From the NCBI GenBank assembly GCA_001002325.1, contig LCNZ01000007.1, forward strand, positions 26,763 through 90,762: DNA of 64,000 nucleotides. Direction: 5' to 3'. The translations under genes and the position numbers were made by a program. The DNA comes from Candidatus Amesbacteria bacterium GW2011_GWB1_47_19. Lineage in GTDB: Bacteria; Patescibacteriota; Microgenomatia; CAZETR01; Amesbacteraceae. Under the pieces are notes generated by a model. It saw nothing but the letters and a program-made list of their open reading frames with translations. It was not told where the DNA came from and made no database searches. Positions within the stretch are counted from its first letter, which is position 1, and each line of letters opens with the position of its first letter. Shown here in pieces: positions 9,587-19,072 of this stretch.

Positions 9587-10213
9587 ATGGCAAAGATAAA
9601 AATCGCGGAAAAAATCATCAGGACGGTGGTGTGTCTGGGATATGCCGACGCCAAACCGGATGAAGAGCTGTACCATCAGGCTTTCGCGGTGGGAAAAGCC
9701 CTGGCTACTGCCGGGTATATGGTAGCCAACGGCGGGGGTCCGGGAGTGATGCGGGCGACTACGGAGGGAGCCAAGGAAGCAGGCGGAAGAGTGGTGGGGG
9801 TGACATTTTATCCGAAAGACGTGGAAAACTTTGAAGGCCGGGATGAGCATAATCCGATTGACGAGGAAATTAAGACAAAAAACTATCTGGAGAGAACCCT
9901 GAAACTGCTGGATGTTGGTCAGGCGTACCTGATTTTCAAAGGAGGGACGGGAACGATTTCGGAGTTCGGAATGGCGTGGGGTTTGGCCCGGCTGTATTTC
10001 GGGCATCATAAACCATTGATTTTATACGGGAAGTTCTGGGAGAAAATTATGGCCGCTTTCATGTCCAATATGCGGATGCGGCCGGAGGAGTTTCAGGTAT
10101 ACCGGGTGGTGGACAGCCCGGAGGAAGTGATTGTTTCACTGGAACTTTTTGAGCTGATGCTGCGACACGAGAAACATAAATCCAGCCCGGCGGAAAAACC
10201 GTTTGAAATATAA
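9587..10213 (+). CDS. LOG-family (TIGR00730) Rossmann-fold nucleotide-binding protein
   Basis: 'VANGGGPGVMRATTEGA' and 'GGTGTISEF' motifs. Confidence 0.7.
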   Translation: MAKIKIAEKIIRTVVCLGYADAKPDEELYHQAFAVGKALATAGYMVANGGGPGVMRATTEGAKEAGGRVVGVTFYPKDVENFEGRDEHNPIDEEIKTKNYLERTLKLLDVGQAYLIFKGGTGTISEFGMAWGLARLYFGHHKPLILYGKFWEKIMAAFMSNMRMRPEEFQVYRVVDSPEEVIVSLELFELMLRHEKHKSSPAEKPFEI

Positions 10214-10370
10214 TATGCAGACTTTGATCACACTTTTCTTGGCACCGATAATTGCCTGCAGTTTGTCGATCTCGTTGTCCGGTTCGGGCATTATCTGCAT
10301 ACTCGCCCCGCCAAAAACGAAGATTGTTTTAATTTAAATTTGGGCGGGGCTGCGTAAACTGCCCGAAAAG

Positions 10371-11252
10371 GTGATCCAAAGCCTGCAAAATATGTTTCTC
10401 ACGGGTGAGCAAATAAAAAATTTAGAATTAAAAGCGAATGAAATCCGGAAGGATATTATTAACATGTTGCTGGCGGCAGGCAGCGGGCATTCGGCCGGGC
10501 CGCTGGGGATGGCGGATGTGTTTTCCGCACTGTATTTTTCCGGGGTACTGAATTGGGAGCCTGCAGATCCATGGAAAGCAGATAGAGATAGAGTTATCCT
10601 GTCTAACGGTCATATCTGCCCGGTGTGGTACGCGACGCTGGCGCATACGGGAGCTTTTTCGCACCAACAACTGGTGACTTTGAGAAAACTGGGAAGTCCA
10701 TTGCAAGGGCATCCGCATTACCGGGAGCTGCCGGGAGTGGAAAATACCGGCGGACCGCTGGGGCAGGGATTGTCGCAGGCGATAGGGCAGGCAATGGCGG
10801 CAAAAATGGACGGGGCCGGTTGGCGGGTGTATTGCCTGATGAGTGACGCGGAAATGCAGGAGGGACAAACGTGGGAGGCGGTGATGTTTGCCGGGAAAAA
10901 CAACCTTTTCAACCTGACGGCGATTGTAGACCGGAATAATATCCAGATTGACGGATATACAGAAGAGGTGATGCCGCTGGAACCGTTGGCGGATAAATGG
11001 AGGGCATTTAACTGGACGGTTTTGGAGGTGGACGGGCATAATATCAGGGAAATAACCGACGCAATCGAGAAGGCTAAAACCATCCGGGAAAATCCGACGG
11101 TGATAATTGCACATACGATTCCCGGCAAGGGAGTGGAGTTTATGGAAGGGGATTTTACCTGGCACGGCAAGCCGCCGAAACCGGAAGAGGGAGTAGTAGC
11201 AATAAAACAACTGCGGACACTGTGGGGGAGAATCAAATCCGAGCAGGAATGA
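10371..11252 (+). CDS. Transketolase, N-terminal subunit (split tkt)
   Basis: TPP-binding region 'GHSAGPLGMADV...LSNGH'; 293 aa. Confidence 0.85.
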   Translation: MIQSLQNMFLTGEQIKNLELKANEIRKDIINMLLAAGSGHSAGPLGMADVFSALYFSGVLNWEPADPWKADRDRVILSNGHICPVWYATLAHTGAFSHQQLVTLRKLGSPLQGHPHYRELPGVENTGGPLGQGLSQAIGQAMAAKMDGAGWRVYCLMSDAEMQEGQTWEAVMFAGKNNLFNLTAIVDRNNIQIDGYTEEVMPLEPLADKWRAFNWTVLEVDGHNIREITDAIEKAKTIRENPTVIIAHTIPGKGVEFMEGDFTWHGKPPKPEEGVVAIKQLRTLWGRIKSEQE

Positions 11253-11259
11253 GACTTGT

Positions 11260-12780
11260 TTATCGAGCGAGATTGAGGGGAAGGGTGGTTTCCGGAGGGC
11301 AACCGGTTTTGAGGGTGTAGAGGGTGACGGATTCTTCCGAGCCGTAAGGATTGACGAAGTCCTTGACCGGGGTGAGGAAGCGATTGAAACCGGCCTGATA
11401 ATGGTTTTGACCCAGATAATAAACAGGAATGTCAGAACTCAGGCATTCAGCCTGATCGGGAATCGGCGGGAAAAGCTGGCTGTCCAGGTAGCCGGTTTTG
11501 ATCAGAGGGTCGCGGCGGAAGTAGGCGAAAAGAGCGCTGGGAGGATTGCCGGGATTTAAAAAACTGCCGACGAAAACTTGTTGGTTGGGCGGGGGAAGGG
11601 TTTTGACATATTCCAGAGCCTCCCGGGTGGGATAGCCGGTGAAGCTGCAGCAGATATAAACTTCGATGGCCGAGTTTCTGGTAAACCTGGCCAGAGATTT
11701 AAAATAGGCAGGGGGATTGGTCATTTGGAAAAAAATCATGACTGCTGGCAGCAATAAACCGACTGAGAGAACCGGAAAGCGGGATAGTGCCAGGCCGGAA
11801 TAAACGGGGATGAGAATAAGAAAGGGAGAGAGGTAGCGGGGGGAGACAGTACGGACGGACAGGATTTCCAGAAGCAATGGGGAAAGTAACAGTAACAGTA
11901 AAAGTGAATAGTGACGGGATCGACTTATTAAAGACAACAAAACTCCTAATAAAGCCAGGATGAATATAGTTGGGGAGAGCTGGAAGAAGGCGATATCTAG
12001 ATTAGCGATTAAATTTTGGCCCCATTTAAAAAGGGGAAAGCGGAGCATTTCGGAAACTGACAAGGAATATTGACTGTTGGTGGATAAAAATGAAATCCAG
12101 AATTTAGACTGGAAAAGCAGAGGAAAAAGAAGAATGAGGGTGGTTATTAACAGATAAATTGCAAGAGTAAGACGCCATGCCTTGCGGGGGGAGTTAATCG
12201 TTGCCAGCAAATAGTAAATCGTAATAGGGACGATGAATAATAAAGCAGAGGTTTTGATCCAAAAACCAAAGGCGAATAAGGCGCCCAAAGCGACAGTGTA
12301 TTTGAAATGGGAGGCGGCTATCAGACGCAGTAAAAAATATATTGACCAGATGCCCATGGCGGTAACGGCGGATTCAAACAATGCCTGACGGTCGTAAAAG
12401 AAAAAGAGGGGGGACATGAGATATGAGAGAGCAGAAAAGTGGGCGGCGCGTCTGTTAAAAACCAGAAGCGAAACATAGTAGACACCCAAAAGGGCCGCCA
12501 AACCGGTAAATACTGATATAAGACGGCCGGCAATCAGGGGATCGGGGATGATAGTTTCGGCCAGTCCGTAAATCCAGATGTATAACGGCTGTTTGGCGTC
12601 GTAAAGGGAGTGCCAAGGGACACCCAAATGGATAGCCCGCCAGCCCCAGTCCAGATAACTGGCTTCGTCGTTAAAAATCGGGAGAAGAGTAAGATTGATA
12701 ATGCGAGTGATAGTGAATAGTAATAGTATTGGGATTAGGGGGTGTTTTTTAACCTGAGCCGGGAGCATATAATCAATCAT
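11260..12780 (-). CDS. GT39/ArnT-like integral membrane glycosyltransferase (PMT family)
   Basis: 506 aa with more than 10 TM helices. N-terminal 'INLTLLPIFNDEASYLDWGW' is typical of ArnT/PMT-family transferases. Confidence 0.6.
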   Translation of the reverse strand: MIDYMLPAQVKKHPLIPILLLFTITRIINLTLLPIFNDEASYLDWGWRAIHLGVPWHSLYDAKQPLYIWIYGLAETIIPDPLIAGRLISVFTGLAALLGVYYVSLLVFNRRAAHFSALSYLMSPLFFFYDRQALFESAVTAMGIWSIYFLLRLIAASHFKYTVALGALFAFGFWIKTSALLFIVPITIYYLLATINSPRKAWRLTLAIYLLITTLILLFPLLFQSKFWISFLSTNSQYSLSVSEMLRFPLFKWGQNLIANLDIAFFQLSPTIFILALLGVLLSLISRSRHYSLLLLLLLSPLLLEILSVRTVSPRYLSPFLILIPVYSGLALSRFPVLSVGLLLPAVMIFFQMTNPPAYFKSLARFTRNSAIEVYICCSFTGYPTREALEYVKTLPPPNQQVFVGSFLNPGNPPSALFAYFRRDPLIKTGYLDSQLFPPIPDQAECLSSDIPVYYLGQNHYQAGFNRFLTPVKDFVNPYGSEESVTLYTLKTGCPPETTLPLNLAR

Positions 12781-13818
12781 ATGCCGAAGGGAGTTTTAAA
12801 TCCAAAAGTATTTGAGAAAGATTTGGAGAAGAAAGCTACAAGAGACGGATATGGGCGGGGTTTGATGGAATTGGGGGAGATGAATGAAAAAGTGGTGGTG
12901 CTGACTGGAGATTTGAAGGAGAGTACGCGGGCGGAGGAATTTTTTAAGAAGTATCCGGAAAGAAGCATTGAGTGCGGGGTGGCAGAGCAAAATATGACGG
13001 GAATTGCGGCGGGATTGGCGGCGGCGGGAAAAATTCCGTTTGTGTCTTCGTATGCGGTGTTTTCCCCGGGCAGGGCTTGGGATCAGGTACGCGTTTCGGT
13101 CTGTTATTCCAACCTCAATGTAAAAATCTCCGGAGCACATACCGGGGTATCGGTGGGGCCGGACGGAGCGACGCACCAGGCGTTGGAAGATATTGCCATC
13201 ATGCGGGTACTGCCCAATATGACGGTGGTGGTACCGTGTGATGAGATTGAAACCCGGAAAATGACGCTGGCTGCGGCGTCCTGTCCCGGGCCGGTGTATT
13301 TCCGGTTTGCGAGAGAAAAAACAGCGGTGATTACTACGGAAGAAATGCCATTTGAAATGGGGAGGGCGGAGGTGTATTGGGATTCTGATAATTTTCAATT
13401 TTCAATTTTCAATTTTCAATCAATTTCAAAATTTTCAAATCTCAAAAACCAAATCGCAATAATTGGTTGCGGTCCGTTACTTTATGATTGTTTGGTCGCG
13501 GCGAAGGAACTTCATGGGGAGGGGATAGGGACGATGGTGATCAATAACCATACGGTGAAACCAATGGATGAAAAAACGATTATTGAGGCGGTGGAAAAAT
13601 GCGGGGCGGTGGTGACCGTGGAGGAACATCAGGTGAGCGGGGGGATGGGGTCGGCGGTGGCGGAAGTGCTGGCACGGAATTTACCGACTCCGATGGAATT
13701 TGTAGGGATGCCCGATAAATTCGGGGAATCGGGGGAACCGGGGGAACTGCTGAAAAAATACGGAATGGATGTCGCCTCTATAAAAATGGCCATTAAGAGA
13801 GTATTAGCGAGAAAGTAA
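12781..13818 (+). CDS. Transketolase, C-terminal subunit with in-frame repeat insertion
   Basis: 'KATRDGYGRGLMELGE' and 'VGPDGATHQALEDIAIMR' match TktC. The insertion 'NFQFSIFNFQSISKF' is encoded by an AATTTTC tandem. Confidence 0.85.
   Translation: MPKGVLNPKVFEKDLEKKATRDGYGRGLMELGEMNEKVVVLTGDLKESTRAEEFFKKYPERSIECGVAEQNMTGIAAGLAAAGKIPFVSSYAVFSPGRAWDQVRVSVCYSNLNVKISGAHTGVSVGPDGATHQALEDIAIMRVLPNMTVVVPCDEIETRKMTLAAASCPGPVYFRFAREKTAVITTEEMPFEMGRAEVYWDSDNFQFSIFNFQSISKFSNLKNQIAIIGCGPLLYDCLVAAKELHGEGIGTMVINNHTVKPMDEKTIIEAVEKCGAVVTVEEHQVSGGMGSAVAEVLARNLPTPMEFVGMPDKFGESGEPGELLKKYGMDVASIKMAIKRVLARK
13389..13452. repeat. In-frame AATTTTC tandem repeat element inside the transketolase C-terminal gene
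   Basis: aattttcaattttcaattttcaattttcaatcaatttcaaaattttcaaatctcaaaaaccaaatcgcaataattgg. Confidence 0.8.
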
Positions 13819-13859
13819 GGGGCTTGACAGTAAGTAAGGAATATAATATATTGTAAGAT

Positions 13860-14126
13860 ATGACAGGGTTAGTAACGTTATCCTCTAAAAATCAATTCAC
13901 TTTGCCGGTAGGGATTGTGAGAGAATTGGGCTTGAAGAAAGGCAGTCGGTTATGGACCAAGGTGGACGGGGACACTATAACTATAAAGAAAGCGGGGGAT
14001 ACCTGGGATTCTCTTCAGGGATCTTTAAAAGATACCTCACTGACGAAAGGAAAGTCAGTTTTGGAGATTATTGAGTTAGCCGGAAAAATAGAGAGCAAAA
14101 GATTAGCTAAAAAATATGGGGTATAA
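13860..14126 (+). CDS. AbrB/MazE/SpoVT-family antitoxin
   Basis: SpoVT-AbrB swapped-hairpin signature 'KNQFTLPVGIVRELGLKKGSRL'. Confidence 0.6.
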   Translation: MTGLVTLSSKNQFTLPVGIVRELGLKKGSRLWTKVDGDTITIKKAGDTWDSLQGSLKDTSLTKGKSVLEIIELAGKIESKRLAKKYGV

Positions 14127-14505
14127 ATTCATAGATACTAACGTTTTTATAGAAATATTTGCCAGGAAGGGAATCAATTCTGAAAAATCAATAAAGTTAT
14201 TAAAAGAAAATCGGGATTTGATGACTACGAGTTTGGTGATATCTGAAATTGAATGGGTATTGAGGAGTGCATATCTTCTGGACAGACAAGTTATATCAAA
14301 ATATATCGGCAGTGTTTTGTCATCTGATATTATTATAGAAAATAAAAAAACTTTGATAAATACATTGAACTTTTATGGGGCTAATTTAGCGGATTGGGCT
14401 GATTGTTTAAATATGTTTGGCTTAAAGGAAAAGAATATATCCACGGTTTATTCTTATGATAGGGGATTGAACATATATAAATGGATAAAACGAAGGGAGC
14501 CATAA
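14116..14505 (+). CDS. PIN-domain toxin (VapC-like)
   Basis: 'FIDTNVFIE' N-terminal PIN motif. Overlaps the upstream antitoxin by 11 nt. Confidence 0.6.
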   Translation: MGYKFIDTNVFIEIFARKGINSEKSIKLLKENRDLMTTSLVISEIEWVLRSAYLLDRQVISKYIGSVLSSDIIIENKKTLINTLNFYGANLADWADCLNMFGLKEKNISTVYSYDRGLNIYKWIKRREP

Positions 14506-14515
14506 TCAGGACAGG

Positions 14516-15436
14516 TTATTTGAGTTTATTGATACAATCCAAGTAGTCGGGGGTTTGGGTCCAGCCGCATATACCGTTGGTTTGTTTCTCGCACACAGAG
14601 TGTTTAAGGCAGTTGTACTCTTCTTTGAAAATGCAAATAGAAATGGCAGGTTCGGTACCGGTATCCTGGCAAATTTCACCACTGCAGCCCCCGGTGATGC
14701 AATCCCGTCCACCGGGGGGTTCGGCTTCCTGCGCGGTATCTGATAATTTAATAGTGGAGAGGATTTGGTCGTATAAAGAAAATACTCCGGGATCATCGCT
14801 GTAATATTCAAAAATGTAAAATTTACCGTTATATTGCGTTATATATTTGACGGGTCCGCCCCAAGTATCAGGTTCGGTAGCCAGAAAAACCATATCCCGG
14901 CCATTGCCATAGATGACTTTGAGAGCAGGCTGGCCGTCCAGGGTGGCAGGGGTGATGGAAGTGATATCCTTATCATCGGCCAACTCTATCTGTTGGTAGT
15001 CTGAAAGGTTTTTGACAGGGTCTTTTCCCATGTAATATTGCTGCAGTTTTTTTCTGTCCGTAATTGTCAAATATAATCCACTTAAAGAAAATCCGCCAAC
15101 TGATTTTTCGTGAAAGGAGATTTGATGAGGAAGGGTGGTGCCGGGATCGGATTCTTCCCAGTCGAAATAGTTAGGGGGGATTTTGAGTTCAAAACCAAAA
15201 GCTTCGCTGTTGTATATTTTCCAGTCAGATGAAGGGGCACCTTTCTTTGCTGATTGCTGCGGAGGTGAATTATGCCGATAAAAAAGAATAATAAAGGCGG
15301 AAATAAAAATAGTATAAATGAGCAGGTAAGAAAAGAATTTCTTGGGAACGGGCATAGTTTGAGTATATAATAAGCCGAGAGATTGGTGGTGATAGATAAT
15401 GGCGGTTAAAAAGAGCAACAAAGAAACAAGTGACAA
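14516..15436 (-). CDS. Membrane-anchored extracellular protein with C-terminal Cys-rich domain, hypothetical
   Basis: N-terminal TM helix and a C-terminal cluster of 8 or more Cys (CITGGCSGEIC...CGWTQTPDYLDC). Confidence 0.45.
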   Translation of the reverse strand: MSLVSLLLFLTAIIYHHQSLGLLYTQTMPVPKKFFSYLLIYTIFISAFIILFYRHNSPPQQSAKKGAPSSDWKIYNSEAFGFELKIPPNYFDWEESDPGTTLPHQISFHEKSVGGFSLSGLYLTITDRKKLQQYYMGKDPVKNLSDYQQIELADDKDITSITPATLDGQPALKVIYGNGRDMVFLATEPDTWGGPVKYITQYNGKFYIFEYYSDDPGVFSLYDQILSTIKLSDTAQEAEPPGGRDCITGGCSGEICQDTGTEPAISICIFKEEYNCLKHSVCEKQTNGICGWTQTPDYLDCINKLK

Positions 15437-15644
15437 AATGGCAGAGGTTAAGTGGCCGAAAAAGTCTGAAAAATGGATGAATCTGGGATGGTCGCTCCTT
15501 CTATTGGGAGGACTGGCACATATGCTCCCGGAGCAGATGGCGCCGCTTTTGAAATGGTCGCTGTACGGAATTTCTCTGCAAATGGCGGTGGGAGTGCTGT
15601 CCGTAATCGTGGCGCTGTACTATTTGCTGGGTGAGGAGGAATAA
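15399..15644 (+). CDS. Small membrane protein (MAVKKS... family), paralog of 27600..27830
   Basis: 81 aa with one or two TM helices; N-terminus is similar to the ORF at 27600. Confidence 0.35.
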   Translation: MAVKKSNKETSDKMAEVKWPKKSEKWMNLGWSLLLLGGLAHMLPEQMAPLLKWSLYGISLQMAVGVLSVIVALYYLLGEEE

Positions 15645-15806
15645 CTGTTTTTGTGGCGCATTCGGGGTAAGCGACTGCAGGTGCTCACCTCCCTCTCGTC
15701 CGCTAAGCGGACTCCGCGGACCCGTTGCGCTCCTGTTCGCATACCCCTGCATGCGCAATAAAGGGGACATCTCCATCTGCTCGTTGGGTTGATATAATGC
15801 GGCATT

Positions 15807-16523
15807 ATGGGACAGATTGAAGAATTGCGCAGGGCCATAAATAAAAACGGCTGGCGGGGTATAGGTATGGATATAGATCATACGATTTGCGACTCCGGAC
15901 CTGTTTGGGACGTTCCGATGCAACAGTTATGTGAGAAAGTCGCCCGGGAATGCGGGGTATCCGATGAGGAAATATGGAGACAATGGAGGAACATGAACGA
16001 CGCTATGTACTTGACTACCGGTGGGGTACACCCACGCAAGTATCACCTGATGGCCAGTAAGATAGCTCATGATTACAATTTGGACCCAGGACAGACAAGA
16101 CAGTGGGCAGGAGAAATGAGACGGAAGATATATACGGCAGTTCCTGATTTATATCCCGGAACCCGAGAAACTATAGCTACTCTTAAAGAAGCCGGATTGC
16201 AGCAGGTGTTTGTGACACACGCTCCTCCCGGTCTAAATAAGTTAAGAATGAAGACTTGGGGATTTGAGAATACGCGAGTTTTTTCGGAATCGACTTTAAG
16301 AAAAAAGGATTATCGGGTTTGGGCGCAGGTTATTAGTAGTCTAAATATATTTCCATGGGAGATGGTAGCAGTGGGTGATAGTTGGCCTGGGGATATGCAG
16401 GCGGCTCGCGATGCAGGAATAGAAGCCAGGGTTTGGGTAAAACCGAAATGGGAGATATTGAGGGGGGATTATGCGGGAGAGAAGGTGCCGACTATTGAAC
16501 AAATGTCTACTTTTGGCCTATGA
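15807..16523 (+). CDS. HAD-superfamily hydrolase
   Basis: Motif I 'GMDIDHTI' (DxDxT) and motif IV 'VAVGDSWPGDMQAARDAG'. Confidence 0.6.
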   Translation: MGQIEELRRAINKNGWRGIGMDIDHTICDSGPVWDVPMQQLCEKVARECGVSDEEIWRQWRNMNDAMYLTTGGVHPRKYHLMASKIAHDYNLDPGQTRQWAGEMRRKIYTAVPDLYPGTRETIATLKEAGLQQVFVTHAPPGLNKLRMKTWGFENTRVFSESTLRKKDYRVWAQVISSLNIFPWEMVAVGDSWPGDMQAARDAGIEARVWVKPKWEILRGDYAGEKVPTIEQMSTFGL

Positions 16524-17247
16524 CCAGGGGATGGAGCACGGGCCGACGGATTTCAGTGATGAAAATGTTGATCCGGCGGCAATAGAGAAGATTGCTAAAG
16601 ACGCGGGGGTGTTTACGGGGATAGTATTTCAGGCGGGAATAGCGGAAAAGTACCGGAGTGATCAGCTACCACCCCTGGTGGTGAAACTGAACGGGAAGAC
16701 GGGGTTTCATAAGAAGGAGGAGCCGGTTTCACTGCAGTTGTGCAGTGTGGAAAGGGCGATGGAGTTGGGGGCGACGGCGGTGGGATATACGATTTATGTG
16801 GGGAGCGAGCATGAGGAAGAAATGATGAAGGAATTCGGGAAAATAGTGGAGGAAGCACATGAGAAAGATTTGCCGGTGGTGGCCTGGATGTACCCGCGGG
16901 GTAAACATATTGAGGAGATAGAGAAGAGAGATAGGGATAGAGGAGATAAAAAAGAAATGAATGAAACTATTGCATATGCGGCGAGACTAGGACTGGAGCT
17001 GGGGGCGGATATGGTGAAACTACCGTTTACGGGAGATACCCAAAGTTTTTCCTGGGTGGTAAAGTCTGCCGGAAAAACGCGAGTGGTGGTACAGGGGGGA
17101 GGGAAGAAAGAGGAGGGAGAGTTTCTGGAGGAAGTAAGACAGATAATGGACAGCGGGGCGGCGGGAATGGCGGTGGGGAGGAATGTATGGCAACATCCGG
17201 ATCCGGTGGGGATTGCCAAGAAAGTAGCACAAATAATTTGGGGATGA
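16471..17247 (+). CDS. Fructose-bisphosphate aldolase class I, archaeal DhnA-type
   Basis: 'LLLAYDQGMEHGP' (DHG motif), 'VKLPFTGD' and 'AGMAVGRNVWQ'. Contains a degenerate (GAGATA)-like acidic insertion 'IEEIEKRDRDRGDKK'. Confidence 0.65.
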   Translation: MRERRCRLLNKCLLLAYDQGMEHGPTDFSDENVDPAAIEKIAKDAGVFTGIVFQAGIAEKYRSDQLPPLVVKLNGKTGFHKKEEPVSLQLCSVERAMELGATAVGYTIYVGSEHEEEMMKEFGKIVEEAHEKDLPVVAWMYPRGKHIEEIEKRDRDRGDKKEMNETIAYAARLGLELGADMVKLPFTGDTQSFSWVVKSAGKTRVVVQGGGKKEEGEFLEEVRQIMDSGAAGMAVGRNVWQHPDPVGIAKKVAQIIWG

Positions 17248-17324
17248 CGGGGCTCGGCGTCCGGCTGCGATGCTATTTGCTGGGATACCTGTGCGCCGGA
17301 TTACCAAGATGTTATAAATAATAT

Positions 17325-18311
17325 ATGAAGTATGATGCCATTTCATTAGGGCCGGTGAGGATGGATGTGTTTGTGCAACTGCCGGAAGATGAAGTGACGG
17401 AAATGTGCAGTCTGGACCGGAAACGGTGCATGATAGAGTTGGGGTTTGGGGAAAAAATTGCGGTTAACGGAGTGGAGTTCGCCATTGGCGGGAACGCCGG
17501 GAATTTTGCTGTAGGATTGGCGCGGCTGGGCAGGAAAACCGCACTATTGGGGGCGGTGGGGGACGGATGGACGGATAAGCGGGCGGTGGAAATTTTAGCG
17601 GGCGAGGGAGTGGAGATCAAATATGTGCAGGAGAAACCCGGGCAGATGGGATTCGGGGTGGTGATCGGCTATCTGGGGGAGAGGACAATATTGTCGTATT
17701 ATTCACACTCGGTAAATGAATGGCCGGAGGATCCGGAACTGGATGCGGAGTGGGTGTATATAACCTCGATGGGTAAAGGATATGAACCGTTTTACCAAAA
17801 GGCTGTGGAATGGGCTAAAGTTCACAATGCCAGAATCGGTTTTAATCCCGGGACCAGGCAGATTAAAGCCGGATTGGAACCGTTGCGATATGTATATGCG
17901 GCAACGGAAGTGCTGTTTGTAAATAAGGAAGAGGCGGCAGAAGTACTGGGGATGCAGGACCAGGCGACGGAGGTCAAGGAATTATTGAAGAGACTTCATG
18001 AAACCGGGCCGAAGGTAGTGATAATAACCGACGGTATGGGCGGATCTTTTGCGTATGACGGAAATAAATTTTTGCATACGCCGATTGTGGAGGCACCGGT
18101 GGTGGAGAGAACCGGAGCGGGGGATGCATTCGGGTCGGGATTTTTGGCGGCGCATATGCAGGGGAAACCGATTGCAGAGGCGATGAAATGGGGGACGGTA
18201 AATTCGGCGTCCGTTCTGGGATTCGTCGGGCCACAGGCGGGTCTTTTGAATCCGGAAAAACTGGGAGAGTGGCTGGAAAAGAATAGAGACATAACGGTAA
18301 CGGAGATTTAG
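17325..18311 (+). CDS. PfkB-family carbohydrate kinase (ribokinase/phosphofructokinase-like)
   Basis: 'GGNAGNFAVGLARLG' and 'GAGDAFGSGFLAA' PfkB signatures. Confidence 0.75.
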   Translation: MKYDAISLGPVRMDVFVQLPEDEVTEMCSLDRKRCMIELGFGEKIAVNGVEFAIGGNAGNFAVGLARLGRKTALLGAVGDGWTDKRAVEILAGEGVEIKYVQEKPGQMGFGVVIGYLGERTILSYYSHSVNEWPEDPELDAEWVYITSMGKGYEPFYQKAVEWAKVHNARIGFNPGTRQIKAGLEPLRYVYAATEVLFVNKEEAAEVLGMQDQATEVKELLKRLHETGPKVVIITDGMGGSFAYDGNKFLHTPIVEAPVVERTGAGDAFGSGFLAAHMQGKPIAEAMKWGTVNSASVLGFVGPQAGLLNPEKLGEWLEKNRDITVTEI

Positions 18312-18315
18312 TTGA

Positions 18316-18341
18316 CATCATAGCATTACGATGCTATGATG
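18316..18341. promoter_or_regulatory. Perfect 11-bp-arm palindrome (catcatagcat-tacg-atgctatgatg) next to a TTGACA; putative TA operator/promoter
   Basis: Inverted repeat lies directly upstream of the GTG start of the antitoxin at 18346; the -35-like TTGACA is at 18312. Confidence 0.4.
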
Positions 18342-18345
18342 CAGT

Positions 18346-18597
18346 GTGGACACGATAAGGACGACGATCACCTTACCCGCGGATATCCATGCGGAATGGA
18401 GATGGGAAGCGTTAAAAAAAAGAATAAGCTTAGGGGAGGTGATTTTAGAAAAAACCGGGGTAAAGAGATCTAATAAGTTGCCTTTGGAAAAAAGATTAAA
18501 GAGGGATTATGCCATATTTGATAGAGTATCCAGGAGCGGGGTAAAATTGGATGCTGCAAGGGCAGTTAGAGAAGAAAGGGATAGAGATAATGCTTAA
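18346..18597 (+). CDS. Putative antitoxin (VapB-like)
   Basis: 83 aa basic/acidic small protein immediately upstream of a PIN toxin and overlapping it. Confidence 0.45.
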   Translation: MDTIRTTITLPADIHAEWRWEALKKRISLGEVILEKTGVKRSNKLPLEKRLKRDYAIFDRVSRSGVKLDAARAVREERDRDNA

Positions 18598-19018
18598 GGT
18601 TGTAGTGGATACAAGTGTGGTGCTGAAATGGATTCCCGGGAAGGGTGAAGAACAAGTCGGGGAAGCACGCCAGTTGTACAAATGGATTGTGGACAGAAAG
18701 ATTGAGGCTTGGGCTCCTACTTTTATGTTGGTTGAAGCTTTAAATATCCTGATTAAGAAGAGAAAGGTGGAAAATAAAGATGCAATTGGGGGGATGAAAA
18801 TATTAATGAAGGCGGGAATACGGTTTGAAGATTTTAACACCACAACTATATCAGAAATTGGAAAATTGATGCGAGAGTGGGATGTTTCGGCGTATGATGC
18901 TCTCTTTTTGGAGCAGGCGGGAAGGTTGGGATGTAAGGTGATAACTTATGATGAGAAGTTACTGACGAATAAGAATATGGCAACAAGAATTAAGGATGTG
19001 TTGGTAATGGAGAATTGA
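18590..19018 (+). CDS. PIN-domain toxin VapC
   Basis: 'KVVVDTSVVLKW' and 'SAYDALFLEQA' PIN motifs; ATG at 18590. Confidence 0.65.
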   Translation: MLKVVVDTSVVLKWIPGKGEEQVGEARQLYKWIVDRKIEAWAPTFMLVEALNILIKKRKVENKDAIGGMKILMKAGIRFEDFNTTTISEIGKLMREWDVSAYDALFLEQAGRLGCKVITYDEKLLTNKNMATRIKDVLVMEN

Positions 19019-19072
19019 GAGAAGAGGGGTAAAAGGAACTGGTAATGAGAGAGCCAGGTCTGGTACACTGGG

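Noticed and set aside
10428-11302. Long minus-strand ORFs antisense to the transketolase N-terminal gene
   Set aside because: They lie opposite a gene with unambiguous TPP-binding motifs and have the low-complexity amino-acid composition of a shadow ORF.
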